Below the pieces are notes generated by a model, which saw only the letters and a program-made list of their open reading frames with translations, did no database searches and was not told where the DNA came from. Shown here piece after piece: positions 48,995 through 63,276 of a stretch of 63,317 nucleotides of DNA (position 1 is the first letter of the stretch; each line of letters opens with the position of its first letter). The position numbers were made by a program, and so were the translations under genes. Source of the DNA: Octopus bimaculoides (lineage: Eukaryota); NCBI RefSeq assembly GCF_001194135.2, contig NC_068986.1, positions 13,499,334 to 13,562,650 of the forward strand, read 5' to 3'.

Positions 48995-49624
48995 GAATGT
49001 TTGAGAAAGTGTATATGTGCAATGTGTATGTGTGTGTGTGTATATATATGTAAATGTTTATGCGGCTATGTGAATATAAGAATGTATGGCATGTTTGCAT
49101 TTGTGTGAGTGTGTGTGCTTGCTTGGGTATGTGTGTGTGTATGTGTGCGTGTGTATGTGTGTATGTGTTTGCATATTTTTGTTTGTATGTTTGCATGTGT
49201 GTGTGTGTGTGTGTTTGCATGTGTTTTTATGTGTATGTTTGTATGTGTGTATTTATGTTTGTATGTGTGTGTGTGTGTTTGCATGTGTGTTTGTGTGTGT
49301 GTGTGTGTTTGCATGTGTGTCTGTTTTTATGTGTGTGTTTGTGTGTGTGTGTGTGTGTGTCTGCATGTGTTATGTGTATATGTTTCTATGTACGTGTGTG
49401 TGTGTGTATGTATAGAAATTGGAGGAAAATGATTTATTCTTTGTATTTGGTGAGGAAGTGCCATGGGGTTTGGACTGGGATGGAGAAAGTTCTGGTATTT
49501 TCCATGTGTTCCGGTATTTTCCATATCACTCCCTCGCCTTCCCCTACATTTTTACTGCTGCACCCTGCCTTTACATTTCAACATTACACTGGGATCTCTT
49601 CCATCTATCACACACACACACGTA

Positions 49625-49659
<35 letters not shown>

Positions 49660-51433
49660 TTTGGATTTGGTTATATATCTATGTATATGCACAGACATGC
49701 GTGCACACACACATATATACATACACATGCACACACACACATACACACATACACATGCACAGACACACACATACACACACACACACATATATATACATGC
49801 ACATGTAGACACACACATACACATATATATATATACACATACACATACACATATATATATATACACATACACATATATATACAAGGCGGCGAGCTGGCAG
49901 AAACGTTAGCACGCCGGGCGAAATGCTTAGCGGTATTTCGTCTGCCGCTACGTTCTGAGTTCAAATTCTGCCGAGGTCGACTTTGCCTTTCATCCTTTCG
50001 GGGTCGATAAAATAAGTACCAGTTACGCACTGGGGTCGATATAATCGACTTAATCCATTTGTCTGTCTTTGTTTGTCCCCTCTGTGTGTAGCCCCTTGTG
50101 GTAGTAAAGAAATAACACATATATATACATACACATACATAGACACACACACACACACACACATATATTTGCATACACATGCACAGACGCACATGCACAC
50201 ACAGATATAAGGATATGCACACATGCAAATATGCCAGTGCAACCAACCAATGAACCAACAGACTATTGACCATTACTGCTACGACGACGACGATGATGAC
50301 CATCACTGCCAACACTACTACCATTACCACCACCACCACCACCACCACCATTACCACCAATCACCACCACTGTCCTCCCACTACCACATCAGCAATAACA
50401 GCAATTATCACCAACCACAAACAACCACCACCTTTACCCTCACCACCAACACTGCTGCTGCTGCCACCACCACCGCTACCTCTGCTACACCACTACAATA
50501 CCACCACCACCACAACCACCAACAATTAACAGCAGCCACCTCCCTCAGAAATCTAGGCACAGCACTTCCCTACTCTCGTCGAATCAACACCACCAGTCAC
50601 TAACTCAATAACCAACCGTCTAACTGGCCTACAAGACACCGTCCCTCGTGTTTTCTGTTTGTTTTATGCGTAAACAATAAGCGTCCAGTTGGATGTGAAA
50701 CATTTTGGACAAACATCTTTCCCTTAGCAACTGGGACCCACATCACTTCACCCAAATTCACACTCAGGCATGCGGCAGCTGGCCTTCACTCTGTTTGTTT
50801 AAGCAGTGTGTGTGTATATGTGTGTGTATCCTTGTTTATGTATGTAGCTATGTAGGTATGTATATGAATGAGTATGCTTCTATATTCATACACATACATG
50901 TGTGTGAGTATACAGTATAATCATGTATGTGTATGTATTGTATACTCTGACATATATACATGTATGTGTATATGCATGTATGTTTGTATTTATGTATGTA
51001 TGCATGTATGTATGTGTGCATATATGTGTATGTATATATGTATATATATGTCTGTATGTATGTATATGTGCATGTATGTATGTGTGCGTATATGAATATG
51101 TATGCATGTATGTATATATATTTGTATGTATGTATGTGTGCATGTATGTATATACTAGCTGACGTACCTGGTAATTGCTGGGAAAGTGGGGCTTATCCTT
51201 TAGTTCTGTTCTCATAATTGTTTCGTTAATCCAATAACAACAATACAAAGTATGTAGTTCTTCAAATAGTTTTTGTGCATTTACAGAGAATACCTAAATA
51301 TTTTACACAGGATCTTGTTTTTAGNNNNNNNNNNTATGTATGTATATGTGCATGTATGTATGTGTGCGTATATGAATATGTATGCATGTATGTATATATA
51401 TTTGTATGTATGTATGTGTGCATGTATGTATAT

Positions 51434-52253
51434 ACTAGCTGACGTACCTGGTAATTGCTGGGAAAGTGGGGCTTATCCTTTAGTTCTGTTCTCATAATTG
51501 TTTCGTTAATCCAATAACAACAATACAAAGTATGTAGTTCTTCAAATAGTTTTTGTGCATTTACAGAGAATACCTAAATATTTTACACAGGATCTTGTTT
51601 TTAGGAATTCCCAATAAGTTGCAAATACCCAAATTGGGAAGTCAGTAATAACATGAAATTAGTTACCCGATAGTAAGAATTCAAATAAAGTACCCCCGAA
51701 AAGGGCGTTAATGCATTCCCAGTGTATATAGAACATAGTAGGAAATATTAATAAGGTATGTATATTAAAATCTTGAAGCATGTTACGTAATAAGAGGCTA
51801 ATCAGATATGAGATAATAACAATTCAAAGTAAATAACTGAAAAGGGCTTTTGTGTGTTCCCAGAGAATATTACCTTCAGGGGCACTAGCGTTGGTATATT
51901 TGTGAATAAGTCACTAACCGAAATAAGTGGATCCACTTGTTTAAGGGTTGTACTGGATAAATTGCGAAAATAACTCTAACAGTTCCAATACTAAGAAATA
52001 AGCATACTCAATTTGATTTATACCAAATAATTTAGGAAAATGAATGGGTTATTTCCCTTGGTTATATATAAGGATCCTTTCTAGGGACCTTGTTATTGAG
52101 TTTTTCAACAATCTGAGTATGCCATGAGGTTTCCAGACATGAGCTCTACTCACATGTCAAGTTTCATCAAAATCAATAAAATGATGTAGGAGAAGTTAGC
52201 TAACAACTCCACAAACACACTCACAGACAGAATTTCCCACATATGTAGTAGAT
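51434..52253 (+). mobile_element. Helitron-like non-autonomous element
   Basis: 5' ACTAGCTGACGTACC and 3' CAAGTTTCATCAAAATC...CACAGACAG...GTAGTAG resemble the ends of Lep1-type Helitrons. The first 170 bp are duplicated across a gap at 51154-51324. Confidence 0.5.
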
Positions 52254-55200
52254 ATGTATTCATGAATGTATATATATGTATGTATATATGCATGTATGTG
52301 TGTATATGTATGTATGTATGTATGTGTGTATGTATGTATATGTATGCGTGTATGTATATGTATGTATGTATATATGTTTATGTGTATGTGTGTGTATGTA
52401 TGTATGTATATATAGGATAGCTGCGTGANNNNNNNNNNNNNNNNNNNNNNNNNNNNNNNNNNNNNNNNNNNNNNNNNNNNNNNNNNNNNNNNNNNNNNNN
52501 NNNNNNNNNNNNNNNNNNNNNNNNNNNNNNNNNNNNNNNNNNNNNNNNNNNNNNNNNNNNNNNNNNNNNNNNNNNNNNNNNNNNNNNNNNNNNNNNNNNN
52601 NNNNNNNNNNNNNNNNNNNNNNNNNNNNNNNNNNNNNNNNNNNNNNNNNNNNNNNNNNNNNNNNNNNNNNNNNNNNNNNNNNNNNNNNNNNNNNNNNNNN
52701 NNNNNNNNNNNNNNNNNNNNNNNNNNNNNNNNNNNNNNNNNNNNNNNNNNNNNNNNNNNNNNNNNNNNNNNNNNNNNNNNNNNNNNNNNNNNNNNNNNNN
52801 NNNNNNNNNNNNNNNNNNNNNNNNNNNNNNNNNNNNNNNNNNNNNNNNNNNNNNNNNNNNNNNNNNNNNNNNNNNNNNNNNNNNNNNNNNNNNNNNNNNN
52901 NNNNNNNNNNNNNNNNNNNNNNNNNNNNNNNNNNNNNNNNNNNNNNNNNNNNNNNNNNNNNNNNNNNNNNNNNNNNNNNNNNNNNNNNNNNNNNNNNNNN
53001 NNNNNNNNNNNNNNNNNNNNNNNNNNNNNNNNNNNNNNNNNNNNNNNNNNNNNNNNNNNNNNNNNNNNNNNNNNNNNNNNNNNNNNNNNNNNNNNNNNNN
53101 NNNNNNNNNNNNNNNNNNNNATATGTATATACGTATGTTTTTGGCTATTATGCTACGTGTATGTGTATGTATTTTGTATGTCTCTATGTATGTAATATAT
53201 GTATGCTTGTCTGCTTCTATGCTGTGTGTGTATGCACATGTATATCTCTGTATGCTTTTGTGTATCTGTATATATATGTGTGTGTGTGTGTGTATGTATG
53301 TATATGTGCATATCTATGTGTTGATGTATGTTTGTGTGTATGCATTTTTATATATATATATTTATGTTTGTATGTGTGAGTTTGGAGGTGGGTATACATT
53401 TGCGTGCGCGTGCGTGTGCATGTGTGTGTGTGTGGTGGAGTAGAGAGTGTTTGTCTTGGTAGTACCTGCTCGAGCATGTCCGAATGTTTGTCCTGGATCT
53501 GAAACTTTGGGACAGAGACAGTTGATGTTGCTCCCTGTATCACTACCCCCCACTAATCATTACCGCCGCTGCTGCCACCACCACCACCACCACTGCCGAT
53601 GTCACCATTACCACTACCATTACCATCTCTTTCACCATCACCACTGCTGCCACCATCACCACTGCCACTACCATCACTGCCAATCACCACCACCATCACA
53701 GCCACCACCACCACCACCACCACCACCACCACCACNNNNNNNNNNNNNNNNNNNNNNNNNNNNNNNNNNNNNNNNNNNNTACTACTACTACCACCACCAC
53801 CACCACCACCACCAATCACTACTGCTACCATCACTACCACCACCACCCCTTCCACCCCCCAAATTATATAAAATACCAATCATATATATTGTTTTCACTG
53901 GCATTTTATTATATTGGCCCTGAAGCATTGAAAATCAAAGTTGACTTTGATTGGATTTGAACTCAGAATATAAAGAGTTGGAACAGATACTCCATTGCAG
54001 ATGCGTGGAATATTCTCTCTCACTCTTGTCAGATCATTTTGTGACGAGGATGGTGGAGGAGATTATTCCTTGCAGTAAAGTATTTAAATCTCCTTCATCA
54101 AACTATCTCGACATGTGAGACACAGCAGCTAAAGCTCACTCAAATCATACCCTTAACATGTTAAGTTAAAAGGATACTTCATCATCTTTTAATCTCTGCT
54201 TTTAATCTTTTAATCTCTATGTTGACATGCCTTGGACAGTTTGACAGGATCTGGTGAACCTCATGTCTGTGTTGAGCTCTAATGTCAGCTTTGGTCAGTT
54301 TCTATGGCTGGATGCCCTTCCTGAAGCCAATCGCTTTACAAACAATACTGGATGCTTTTTATGAAGCACCAGCACTAGTGAGGTTGCCAAGTAATTTGCA
54401 AGATATAACTGTTTGATTAAAGGATCAGGGGTGCCCCCATCCCTGCTTAAGAAAATAGTGCGCCCTTCTAAATAATGTTATTATGACCTTTTCCTCAGGA
54501 ATTGTATTTCCTTTAGGCCGTGTGTTCTCCCTTTGAAAAATTCCTGGGGCTGTCTGAAGATGGTGGTCACATGTCTTGAAGCTTGTTTATTCCTGGGTCT
54601 GCTCATTTAGGTACAACCTAGGGTTAAATGACAATTTGGTGTCTTTTAAAATGGAAACTGCAGGATTTAAGTCCTACATGCCATCCTCCTCCCCATTCTG
54701 CATCACCACCGCCATCACCATCATCATGTTGTTTCAGCCACCATTGCCTTAGAACCATGACCACTACTAATGCCATTGCTACTGGGTGGCACAAAAGGTC
54801 ATGAAGGGGTCTGAAATTTTTTTCCTTCACTTTCCATAGCCATTGGACTGTGGTCATGCTGGGGCACCACCTAGAATGGTTTAGTTGAACAAATCAACTC
54901 TAATGCTTATATTTTAAAGTCTGGCGCTAGTTCTATTGTCAATCTCTTTTGGTGAATCCCTAAGTTATAGGAGCATAAACAAACCCACACCAGATGACAT
55001 GCACGAACACACACACACCCACACACACACACAGCAGGCTTCCACATAGATTCTATCTACAAAATTCACTCCCAAGGCATTGATCAGTCTGGAGTTATAA
55101 TAAAAGACACTTTCCCAAGGTGCCATGAAGTGGGAGTTGCAAAGTGAGCTATTTAATCACATGCTTCTGCCTGCTTTTGTATTTTTGTGGCTGTGTGGTA

Positions 55201-56019
55201 AGAAGTTTGCTTCCAAACCACATGGTTATAGGTTCAGTTTCATGGTGCTTATTATGTGCCACCAGCATGGGTACCATATNNNNNNNNNNNNNNNNNNNNN
55301 NNNNNNNNNNNNNNNNNNNNNNNNNNNNNNNNNNNNNNNNNNNNNNNNNNNNNNNNNNNNNNNNNNNNNNNNNNNNNNNNNNNNNNNNNNNNNNNNNNNN
55401 NNNNNNNNNNNNNNNNNNNNNNNNNNNNNNNNNNNNNNNNNNNNNNNNNNNNNNNNNNNNNNNNNNNNNNNNNNNNNNNNNNNNNNNNNNNNNNNNNNNN
55501 NNNNNNNNNNNNNNNNNNNNNNNNNNNNNNNNNNNNNNNNNNNNNNNNNNNNNNNNNNNNNNNNNNNNNNNNNNNNNNNNNNNNNNNNNNNNNNNNNNNN
55601 NNNNNNNNNNNNNNNNNNNNNNNNNNNNNNNNNNNNNNNNNNNNNNNNNNNNNNNNNNNNNNNNNNNNNNNNNNNNNNNNNNNNNNNNNNNNNNNNNNNN
55701 NNNNNNNNNNNNNNNNNNNNNNNNNNNNNNNNNNNNNNNNNNNNNNNNNNNNNNNNNNNNNNNNNNNNNNNNNNNNNNNNNNNNNNNNNNNNNNNNNNNN
55801 NNNNNNNNNNNNNNNNNNNNNNNNNNNNNNNNNNNNNNNNNNNNNNNNNNNNNNNNNNNNNNNTAATGAAAATATAAATCAGAATGGTTTCAACCTTGCT
55901 GTGAAATCTTAAGTTTGTTAATTAAGTCGTCATTATTTAATAATCTAAAGCAGGTGTTAAGTGATTTTAATTATAGAATCTATTACACTGCCTCAATGGC
56001 TCTTCTAATTAAATGCTTT

Positions 56020-56578
56020 CTTTCTCTTCTCCTTCTCTCTCTTCTTTCCCTGCCACTTTTAGTCCTCTCCCTCCTCTTTTTCTTTCTTCTCCTCCCCCTC
56101 TTCTTCCCCTCCTCTCTTTCCTTCTCCTCCCTTCCTTTCCCTTCTCTCCCTTTCCTCCCTTCTCTCCTCTCCTCCCTTCTCTCCTCTCCTCCCTTCTCTC
56201 CCTCTCCTCCTTCCCTCTTTTCTTTTCCTCTCTTTTCATCTCCTCCCCACTTCTCTCCCTCTCCTCTTTCTTCTCCCCATCTTCTCTCTTTTGTTCTCCT
56301 CCCCTCTTCTCTTCCTTTCTCCTTTTTCCTCCCCTTTTCCCTTCCCCTTCCCTTCTTCTCTCCCTCTCTTCTCTTTTCTTCTCATGTTGCCTCCTCCTCC
56401 TCCCTATCTTTTTCCACTCTTCTCATCCTCTCTTCTTTACTCTTTCCCTCCCCTCCAGCAACTCCTGCTTATCTTTTTCTCTCTCCATACTCCTTCTCTT
56501 TTCTTCTCTCCCACTTTTTCTCATCCCCTCTTCTCCCCTTCGTCTCCCTCTTCTCCCCTTCATCTCCCTCTTCTAAAC
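56020..56578 (+). repeat. About 560-bp cryptic (CT) polypyrimidine tract
   Basis: Almost exclusively C and T on the + strand. It ends just before CACTAACAG. Confidence 0.95.
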
Positions 56579-56639
56579 ACTACTCACTAACAGTTATTTG
56601 CTTTTATAAAAAACATAATAAAAAATCAAACAAAGAAAA

Positions 56640-56708
56640 ATGCAAAAACCAGAGTCCAAGACAAGGATCATTAATGGCCTTATCTTGTTAGCAATATTTC
56701 TCAATGAG
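56640..56708 (+). CDS. Candidate start exon encoding a signal-peptide-like N-terminus (MQKPESKTRIINGLILLAIFLNE)
   Basis: Acceptor CACTAACAG at 56593 after the long CT tract, ATG at 56640 with an upstream in-frame stop, basic then hydrophobic residues, and donor GAG|GTACAA. Confidence 0.35.
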
Positions 56709-56974
56709 GTACAATGGTGAGACAGCAGAACCGTTAGCACACCAGGCGAAATGCTTTGGCATTTTGTCTACCTTTACTTTCTGAGTTCAAATTCCACCAA
56801 GGCCATCTTTGCCTTTCATCCCAATCAGGGTCAATAAAGCAGATATGAAGCTACCAGTTGCACACTGGGCGGTGCAGGGCGGGATTTGATGTAATCAATT
56901 TACCCCCTTCCACCGAAATTGCTGGCCTTGTGCCAACATTTGAAACCATTATTATACAGACACCTCGGCTGGAG

Positions 56975-57022
<48 letters not shown>

Positions 57023-57409
57023 TGAGTAAATTGCAGACGATATTGCATCAACAGGAACACCAAGTGCAGTGGAATCGGTGCAGTTATTGATTTCTCTTGA
57101 TTTACAAGAACAAATTATGTGACACAATACACCAAGGAGTCATCTAAGAATTAAATCGACTGTATCCAAGATTATTGGTTGACTAAGTCAGTCGACACCT
57201 CTTCTGCAATTTTCTTTGTTATGGCATTGAAGGAAATCAATAGGTAGAGATGTTATAGCATTGGACTACAAGAAACACTTTGTGACATTTTTGTCGGTTG
57301 TTTGTGTTTCTGAGTTCAAATCCAGTCAAGGTCACCTTTACATTTCATGCTTCATATGTTTTTGCATCTGTTTTGTTCATGCTTTGTATGGGTTTGATGA
57401 GTATAATCC

Positions 57410-58078
57410 TCCTCATCGTCATTATTGTTTAATGTCTGTTTTCCATGTTGGCATGGGTTGGACAGTTTGACTGAAGGCTGGCAAGCCAGGAGGGTGCGAC
57501 AGGCTCCAATCTGATCGGGCAAAGTTTCTATACTTGGATGCCCTTCCTAATACCAACCACTCCGAGAATGTAGTGGGTGCTTTTTATGTGCCACTGGCAC
57601 GGGGGCCAGTCATGTGGCACTGGCATCGACCACACTCAAATAGTGCTTTTTACGTGTCACTGGTACAAGACCAGTTAGGGGGCACTGGCAGCAACTAAGC
57701 TTGCATGGTGCCTTTTACGTGCCACTGGCACGGGAGTCAGTCGGGCAGCACTGGCATCTACTACGCTTAAATGGAGCTTTTTACGTGCCAGTTAGGTGAC
57801 ACTGACATCAACCATGACTACAATTTCACTTGACTCAGCAAGTCTTCTCAAGCACAGCATATTGCCTGACGATTGAAGGGTGCTTTTAAATGGGCCGGTT
57901 ATACGATACTGGCATTGGCCACATCTACAACCTCGCTTGACTTGCCAGGTCTTCTCAATCGCAGCATATCTCCAAAGGTCTTGGTCACTTGTCATTGCTT
58001 CTGTAAAGCCCAACATTCGAAGGTCGTGCTTCACCACCTCATCCCATGTCTTCCTGTGTTTACGTCTTCCATAGGTTC
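57410..58078 (-). mobile_element. RTE LINE 3' fragment
   Basis: RKHRKTWDEVVKHDLRMLGFTEAMTSDQDLWRYA, then UTR repeats and tail. Smaller RTE ends lie at about 54235-54400 (-), 58660-58805 (+) and 61062-61150 (-). Confidence 0.85.
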
Positions 58079-59560
58079 TGGTTTCGAATTTTAGCACAAG
58101 ACCAGCAATTTCAGAGAGGGGGATAAGTTGATTACATCAACTCCAGTGCACAACTGGTACTTATTTTATTGACCCCAAAAGGATGACAAGTAATGTTGAC
58201 CTCAGAGGAATTTTGTCTTAGAATGTATAAACAGATGAAAGACTGTTAAGCATTTTGTCTGATTTAGCCAGCTTGCCGTCATATGTTTTAAGTATGTATT
58301 TCTTTATTGCCCACTGGGGGCTAAACATAGAGGGGACAGAAAAGGACAGACAAAGGGATTAAGTCGATTGCATTGACCTCAGTATGCAACTGGTACTTAA
58401 TTTATCAGCCCCAAAAGGATGAAAAGCAAAGTTGACCTTGGTGGAATTTGAACTCAGAACGTAACAGCAGATGAAATACTACTAAGCAATTTGCCCGACG
58501 TGCTAACGATTCTGCCAGCTCACTGCCCCTCATATGTCTTAAATATTGCTTGCTTTCATGTTTTGGCAGAAGGCCAGTAATTGGATGGTGGGGGTGGAGG
58601 TGTAAGTCAATTCCATTGATCCCAATCCTTGGACGGTATTTTTTTTATTGACCCTTTTGGAGTGGTTGGCATTAAGAAGGGGCATCCAGCAGTAGAAAAT
58701 AATCCAAAATCAAACTGGAGCCTGATATAACTTTGCAGCTTACCAGTTCCAGTCAAACTGTTTACTCCATGCCAGAATGGAAAATGGATGCTAAATGAGG
58801 ACGATATGTGTGTGTGTATGTGTGTGTGTATGTGTGTGTGTGCGCATCTGTATTTGTTCCTCCTGTCTGTTAACAACTGACGTTGTTTTGTTTATGTCCC
58901 CACAACATAGTAGTTTGGCAAAGAGAACAAACAGAATGAGCACCAGACTTTAAAATAAGTATTTTGATCGATTTGTTTGACTCAGCCTTTCAAGGGGGTA
59001 GGAATGGATGCGGCAGCAACAAGGCTGCAATCCAATAACCGAAGCGAGTAAAAGATCAATGGTAATTCTTCTGCTTAATTGCTTCGTAAGCTCTGATGAA
59101 ATCCAGCATCTCATCTACGTTACTGTAAAAAAACGAAGGCAAAGCAAAACAAACTAGAAAAGCAACAGAGAGCATAGTAAACAACAACAACAACATAATA
59201 AATAAATAAAGAAGTAAAAAAAAAAACTAGGTCATGTGACCTAGCTAGATATGGTTTAATTTCGGTTAAGTAATGTCTTGGCAATATCGCAGAAATATTA
59301 GGAGCTGTTTTACCAAAGAATGTCTGCCAATGAAACTCTCTTCTTCTCAGTATGACTGAGAAGACATTATTGATCTTCCATCTTAAATTTTTGGTGTTAT
59401 TTGATGTCAAGGAACCATATCGAGAAAAATTTGGTTGCCATACATTGGTGTTTTTTGTTCCTTTTTTGTGTTTTTTTTCTTTGCCCTTTCTAAAATAGAT
59501 TGAACTAGTATTTTGTAAGTGCTAAGAATTAAAATTCCTATCCATTAGTTGTCTAGACTC

Positions 59561-59618
<58 letters not shown>

Positions 59619-61525
59619 GTTATTATTATTGTTGTTATTATTAAGCAGTGAGCTGGCAGAATTGATAGCATGTCAAATAAAATGCTTAGCAGTATTTTGC
59701 CTGTCTTCACATTCTGGGTTCAAATTGCATCAAAGTTGACTTTGCCTTTCATCCTTTCGGGGTCGATAAATTAAGTACCAGTGAAACACTGGGATTGATT
59801 TAATTGAATTGTCCTCTCCCCACAAATTTTAGGAAAGTCCACCATCATCAATTCATCATTTTTTCCAATAAAATAGTTTTTAGCTATTAATGGTGCGATA
59901 CTATATATATATATTCTCTTTTTCTCTTTTACTTGTTTCAGTCATTTGACGGCGGCCATGCTGGAGCACCGCCTTTAGTCGAGCTAGTCGACCCCGGGAC
60001 TTATTCTTTGTAAGCCTAGTACTTATTCTATCGGTCTCTTTTGCCGAACCGCTAAGTGACAGGGACATANNNNNNNNNNNNNNNNNNNNNNNNNNNNNNN
60101 NNNNNNNNNNNNNNNNNNNNNNNNNNNNNNNNNNNNNNNNNNNNNNNNNNNNNNNNNNNNNNNNNNNNNNNNNNNNNNNNNNNNNNNNNNNNNNNNNNNN
60201 NNNNNNNNNNNNNNNNNNNNNNNNNNNNNNNNNNNNNNNNNNNNNNNNNNNNNNNNNNNNNNNNNNNNNNNNNNNNNNNNNNNNNNNNNNNNNNNNNNNN
60301 NNNNNNNNNNNNNNNNNNNNNNNNNNNNNNNNNNNNNNNNNNNNNNNNNNNNNNNNNNNNNNNNNNNNNNNNNNNNNNNNNNNNNNNNNNNNNNNNNNNN
60401 NNNNNNNNNNNNNNNNNNNNNNNNNNNNNNNNNNNNNNNNNNNNNNNNNNNNNNNNNNNNNNNNNNNNNNNNNNNNNNNNNNNNNNNNNNNNNNNNNNNN
60501 NNNNNNNNNNNNNNNNNNNNNNNNNNNNNNNNNNNNNNNNNNNNNNNNNNNNNNNNNNNNNNNNNNNNNNNNNNNNNNATATATACCCTTCTCTCTCTCT
60601 GGGAGAGGCACAAGCACATACACAGACATATATACACATGGTAGTAACTTCCGCCTACCAAATTCAATCACAAAGCTTCGGTCGGCCTGGGGCTATAGCA
60701 GAAGACACTTGCCCAAGGTGCCACGCGGTGGGACTGAACCTGAAACCATGTAGCTGGGAAGCAAGCTTCCTAACCACACATCCATGCCCGCGCCTACACA
60801 CACACACGCACACACATATATATATATGTGTGTGTGTGTGTACATATGTATATTTTCTAGGTGAACTTTCCTCATGGTGAATTAATGGTGGTGAACTTGT
60901 AATCGATAAGAAAAGGGTTAAAGCTGTTGATACCAACCCACCAGAGACTGCCCTAGTTCTAGGACAGAAACTTGTTCTCTTAAAGTGATCCAAATCAAAA
61001 CTTTGCACCAAAATTCCATGCTGTGTTCCAAACATCAGCTTAATACCGACTAAGTCATCATCATCATCATCATCATCATTATTTAGTGTCCGTTGTTCAT
61101 GCTGGCATGGGTTGGACAGTTTGATTGGTCTGGCACACTCGAAGGCTGCACAAACACACACAAACATACACAAACACGCACACACACACACAAGCACACA
61201 TACACAAGTGCACACACACAAGCACACACAAGCACATGCACACACAAGCACAGATTTATATATATGATGGGCTTCTTTCAGTTTCCATCCCCTAACTCCA
61301 CTCACAAGGTTTTTGTGGTTAGGAAGCAAGTTTCTTACCAAAAAGTCAACTGAAACAGACGCAGTACATTTAAACAAAAATACAAAAGAAAGGGTTAATA
61401 TTCCTTGAAAACATCCTAGTCATGAATGAAATTATAAATAAAAGAATGCTTCTCTCCCTGAAATCACTGACCTTGCCCTCGTAAATCCTCCTAATTATGC
61501 ATTTGTCTTCCTTCGTTTCTCTCAG

Positions 61526-61611
61526 CAGACTGTTCATGCATGGAAACCTGATAGAATGTAATTAACGTGTAACTACCACAAAGTCTGTTTTGGTTTATAA
61601 TTTCGCTGGTG
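61526..61611 (+). other. Candidate small exon with stops in all frames
   Basis: Acceptor TTTGTCTTCCTTCGTTTCTCTCAGCAG (tandem NAGNAG) and donor GTG|GTAAGT. Confidence 0.3.
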
Positions 61612-62722
61612 GTAAGTGATGTGTGTGGTGGAAGTGGCAATGGGGCCTTTAGTGTTTTGATGGTGTTGTTATTGGTGTTGGTGGCGATGGTGGGCATTTT
61701 GTGTTTTGTGGTGCATTTCTTGTGTTCTTTTTTCATCCTTCCATTTTTGGTTGTCTTCCTGTCAATTCCACACCGTCCCCACCGCTTCAGCCATGATCCA
61801 ATCGCTTCACCAAATCTGCTGGATAACCTAAAACATCTTGTAAGGCCTCAGGTTGTTGCTGTTATTGTTGTTGTTGTTGTTGCTGCTTAACCTAAGTCAC
61901 TCCTCATTCAGCAGATCCTGTGTTCAAAAATATTCCAACCATGACCATCCTGTAATTATTTTACTTCAGATGTAGTTTAACTGGACTATATATATATATA
62001 TATATATATATATCTGTTACTTTTGAGCAAAATGGGTCTTGAGGAAGATTTGGCTATTGTTTCTCGTAGTTCAGGCGACCACTTATGAGGCACTGTCTTA
62101 CTGGCTTGTGGTGGTAGTGGTAGAGATTAGGTAAATGTGCTTCCAAACGCCCCTACCTCTCCGCTGGTCCCCCCACACCAATACATGGTCGGATGGGTAG
62201 ATGGGTGCTGTAAGGAAGCTTTGATTAAAATATTAGGGGTGTCCTCAGGAAGATAAGACTATACAAGGCATCTGACTCATGGATTCCTTCCTGAGGTATT
62301 TTTGGTGGTTGAGTGGGGGTGGACAGNNNNNNNNNNNNNNNNNNNNNNNNNNNNNNNNNNNNNNNNNNNNNNNNNNNNNNNNNNNNNNNNNNNNNNNNNN
62401 NNNNNNNNNNNNNNNNNNNNNNNNNNNNNNNNNNNNNNNNNNNNNNNNNTTTTGTTTGGATATTCTCCATATTTCTTATATTTCGTTTGGATATATCCGT
62501 TATAAAGTATTGTGGAAGAGTGAAATACAAAAAAAAAAAAGAAAAAAAAATAGGTAATGCTAACCTAAATTAAATACACTGAAGGATCTGGAGTTCAAGA
62601 ACTGCTGAAGCCAAGTCTGTGATGGTTTTTTCTGTTTCCTTTTTATATATTTTTACTGTTTGTTTTTGGTCATTTTTGTTCATCATATTACTTTGGACAG
62701 GATTTGTAAAGTATATGTGGTA

Positions 62723-62757
<35 letters not shown>

Positions 62758-62758
<1 letters not shown>

Positions 62759-63276
62759 CATTGTTCAGCTTTATTTCAAGATTTCTTGCCAATACAGAAA
62801 GAGCTGGTTTCTAACCTAGATCCAAGGATCCAGCATTGGAATTTCAACATCAACAGAGTATGTATGCTTGTATGTGTGTGCGTGTATGTATGTGTTTGTA
62901 TGTGTGTATGTATGTATGTATATGTATGCATGTATGTATGTATGTATGTATGTATGTATGTGTGTATGTATTTATGTATGTATGTATGAAATGTCATTGT
63001 TCAGTTTTATTTCAAAATTTCTTGCCAATAGAGAAAGAACCGGTTTCTAACCTAGATCCAAGGTTCTTTCACTGGAATTTAAACATCAACAACAGGGTAT
63101 TTTTGTTTGTGTGTATGTATGTATGTATGTATGTATGCATGTATGCATGTATGTATGCATGTATGTATGCATGTATACTCATGCATATAGTTGCATACGT
63201 AGGCATGTTTATATATACTTAAATCATAAACTTCTGGTTTTACAGAAGTTTTACAGATTTTTACAGTTCCAGTGAT
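62758..63276 (-). mobile_element. Two stacked R4/Dong-type 3' fragments (62758-62862 and 62994-63276) separated by (CATA)n
   Basis: Same UTR as 13445-13918, ending GAAATAAARCTGAACAATGA. Both are bounded by CATA/CA repeats. Confidence 0.8.

Noticed and set aside
50223-50603. His/Thr-rich ORFs (also 15768-16040 and 53447-53923)
   Set aside because: Cryptic (CAC/CAT/AAC)n triplet repeats with no splice or domain support.
61491-61850. Minus-strand frame LTRCFRLSSRFGEAIGSWLKRWG...RQMHN*
   Set aside because: No convincing acceptor, no recognisable motif, and part of it is low-complexity. Not excluded without RNA data.
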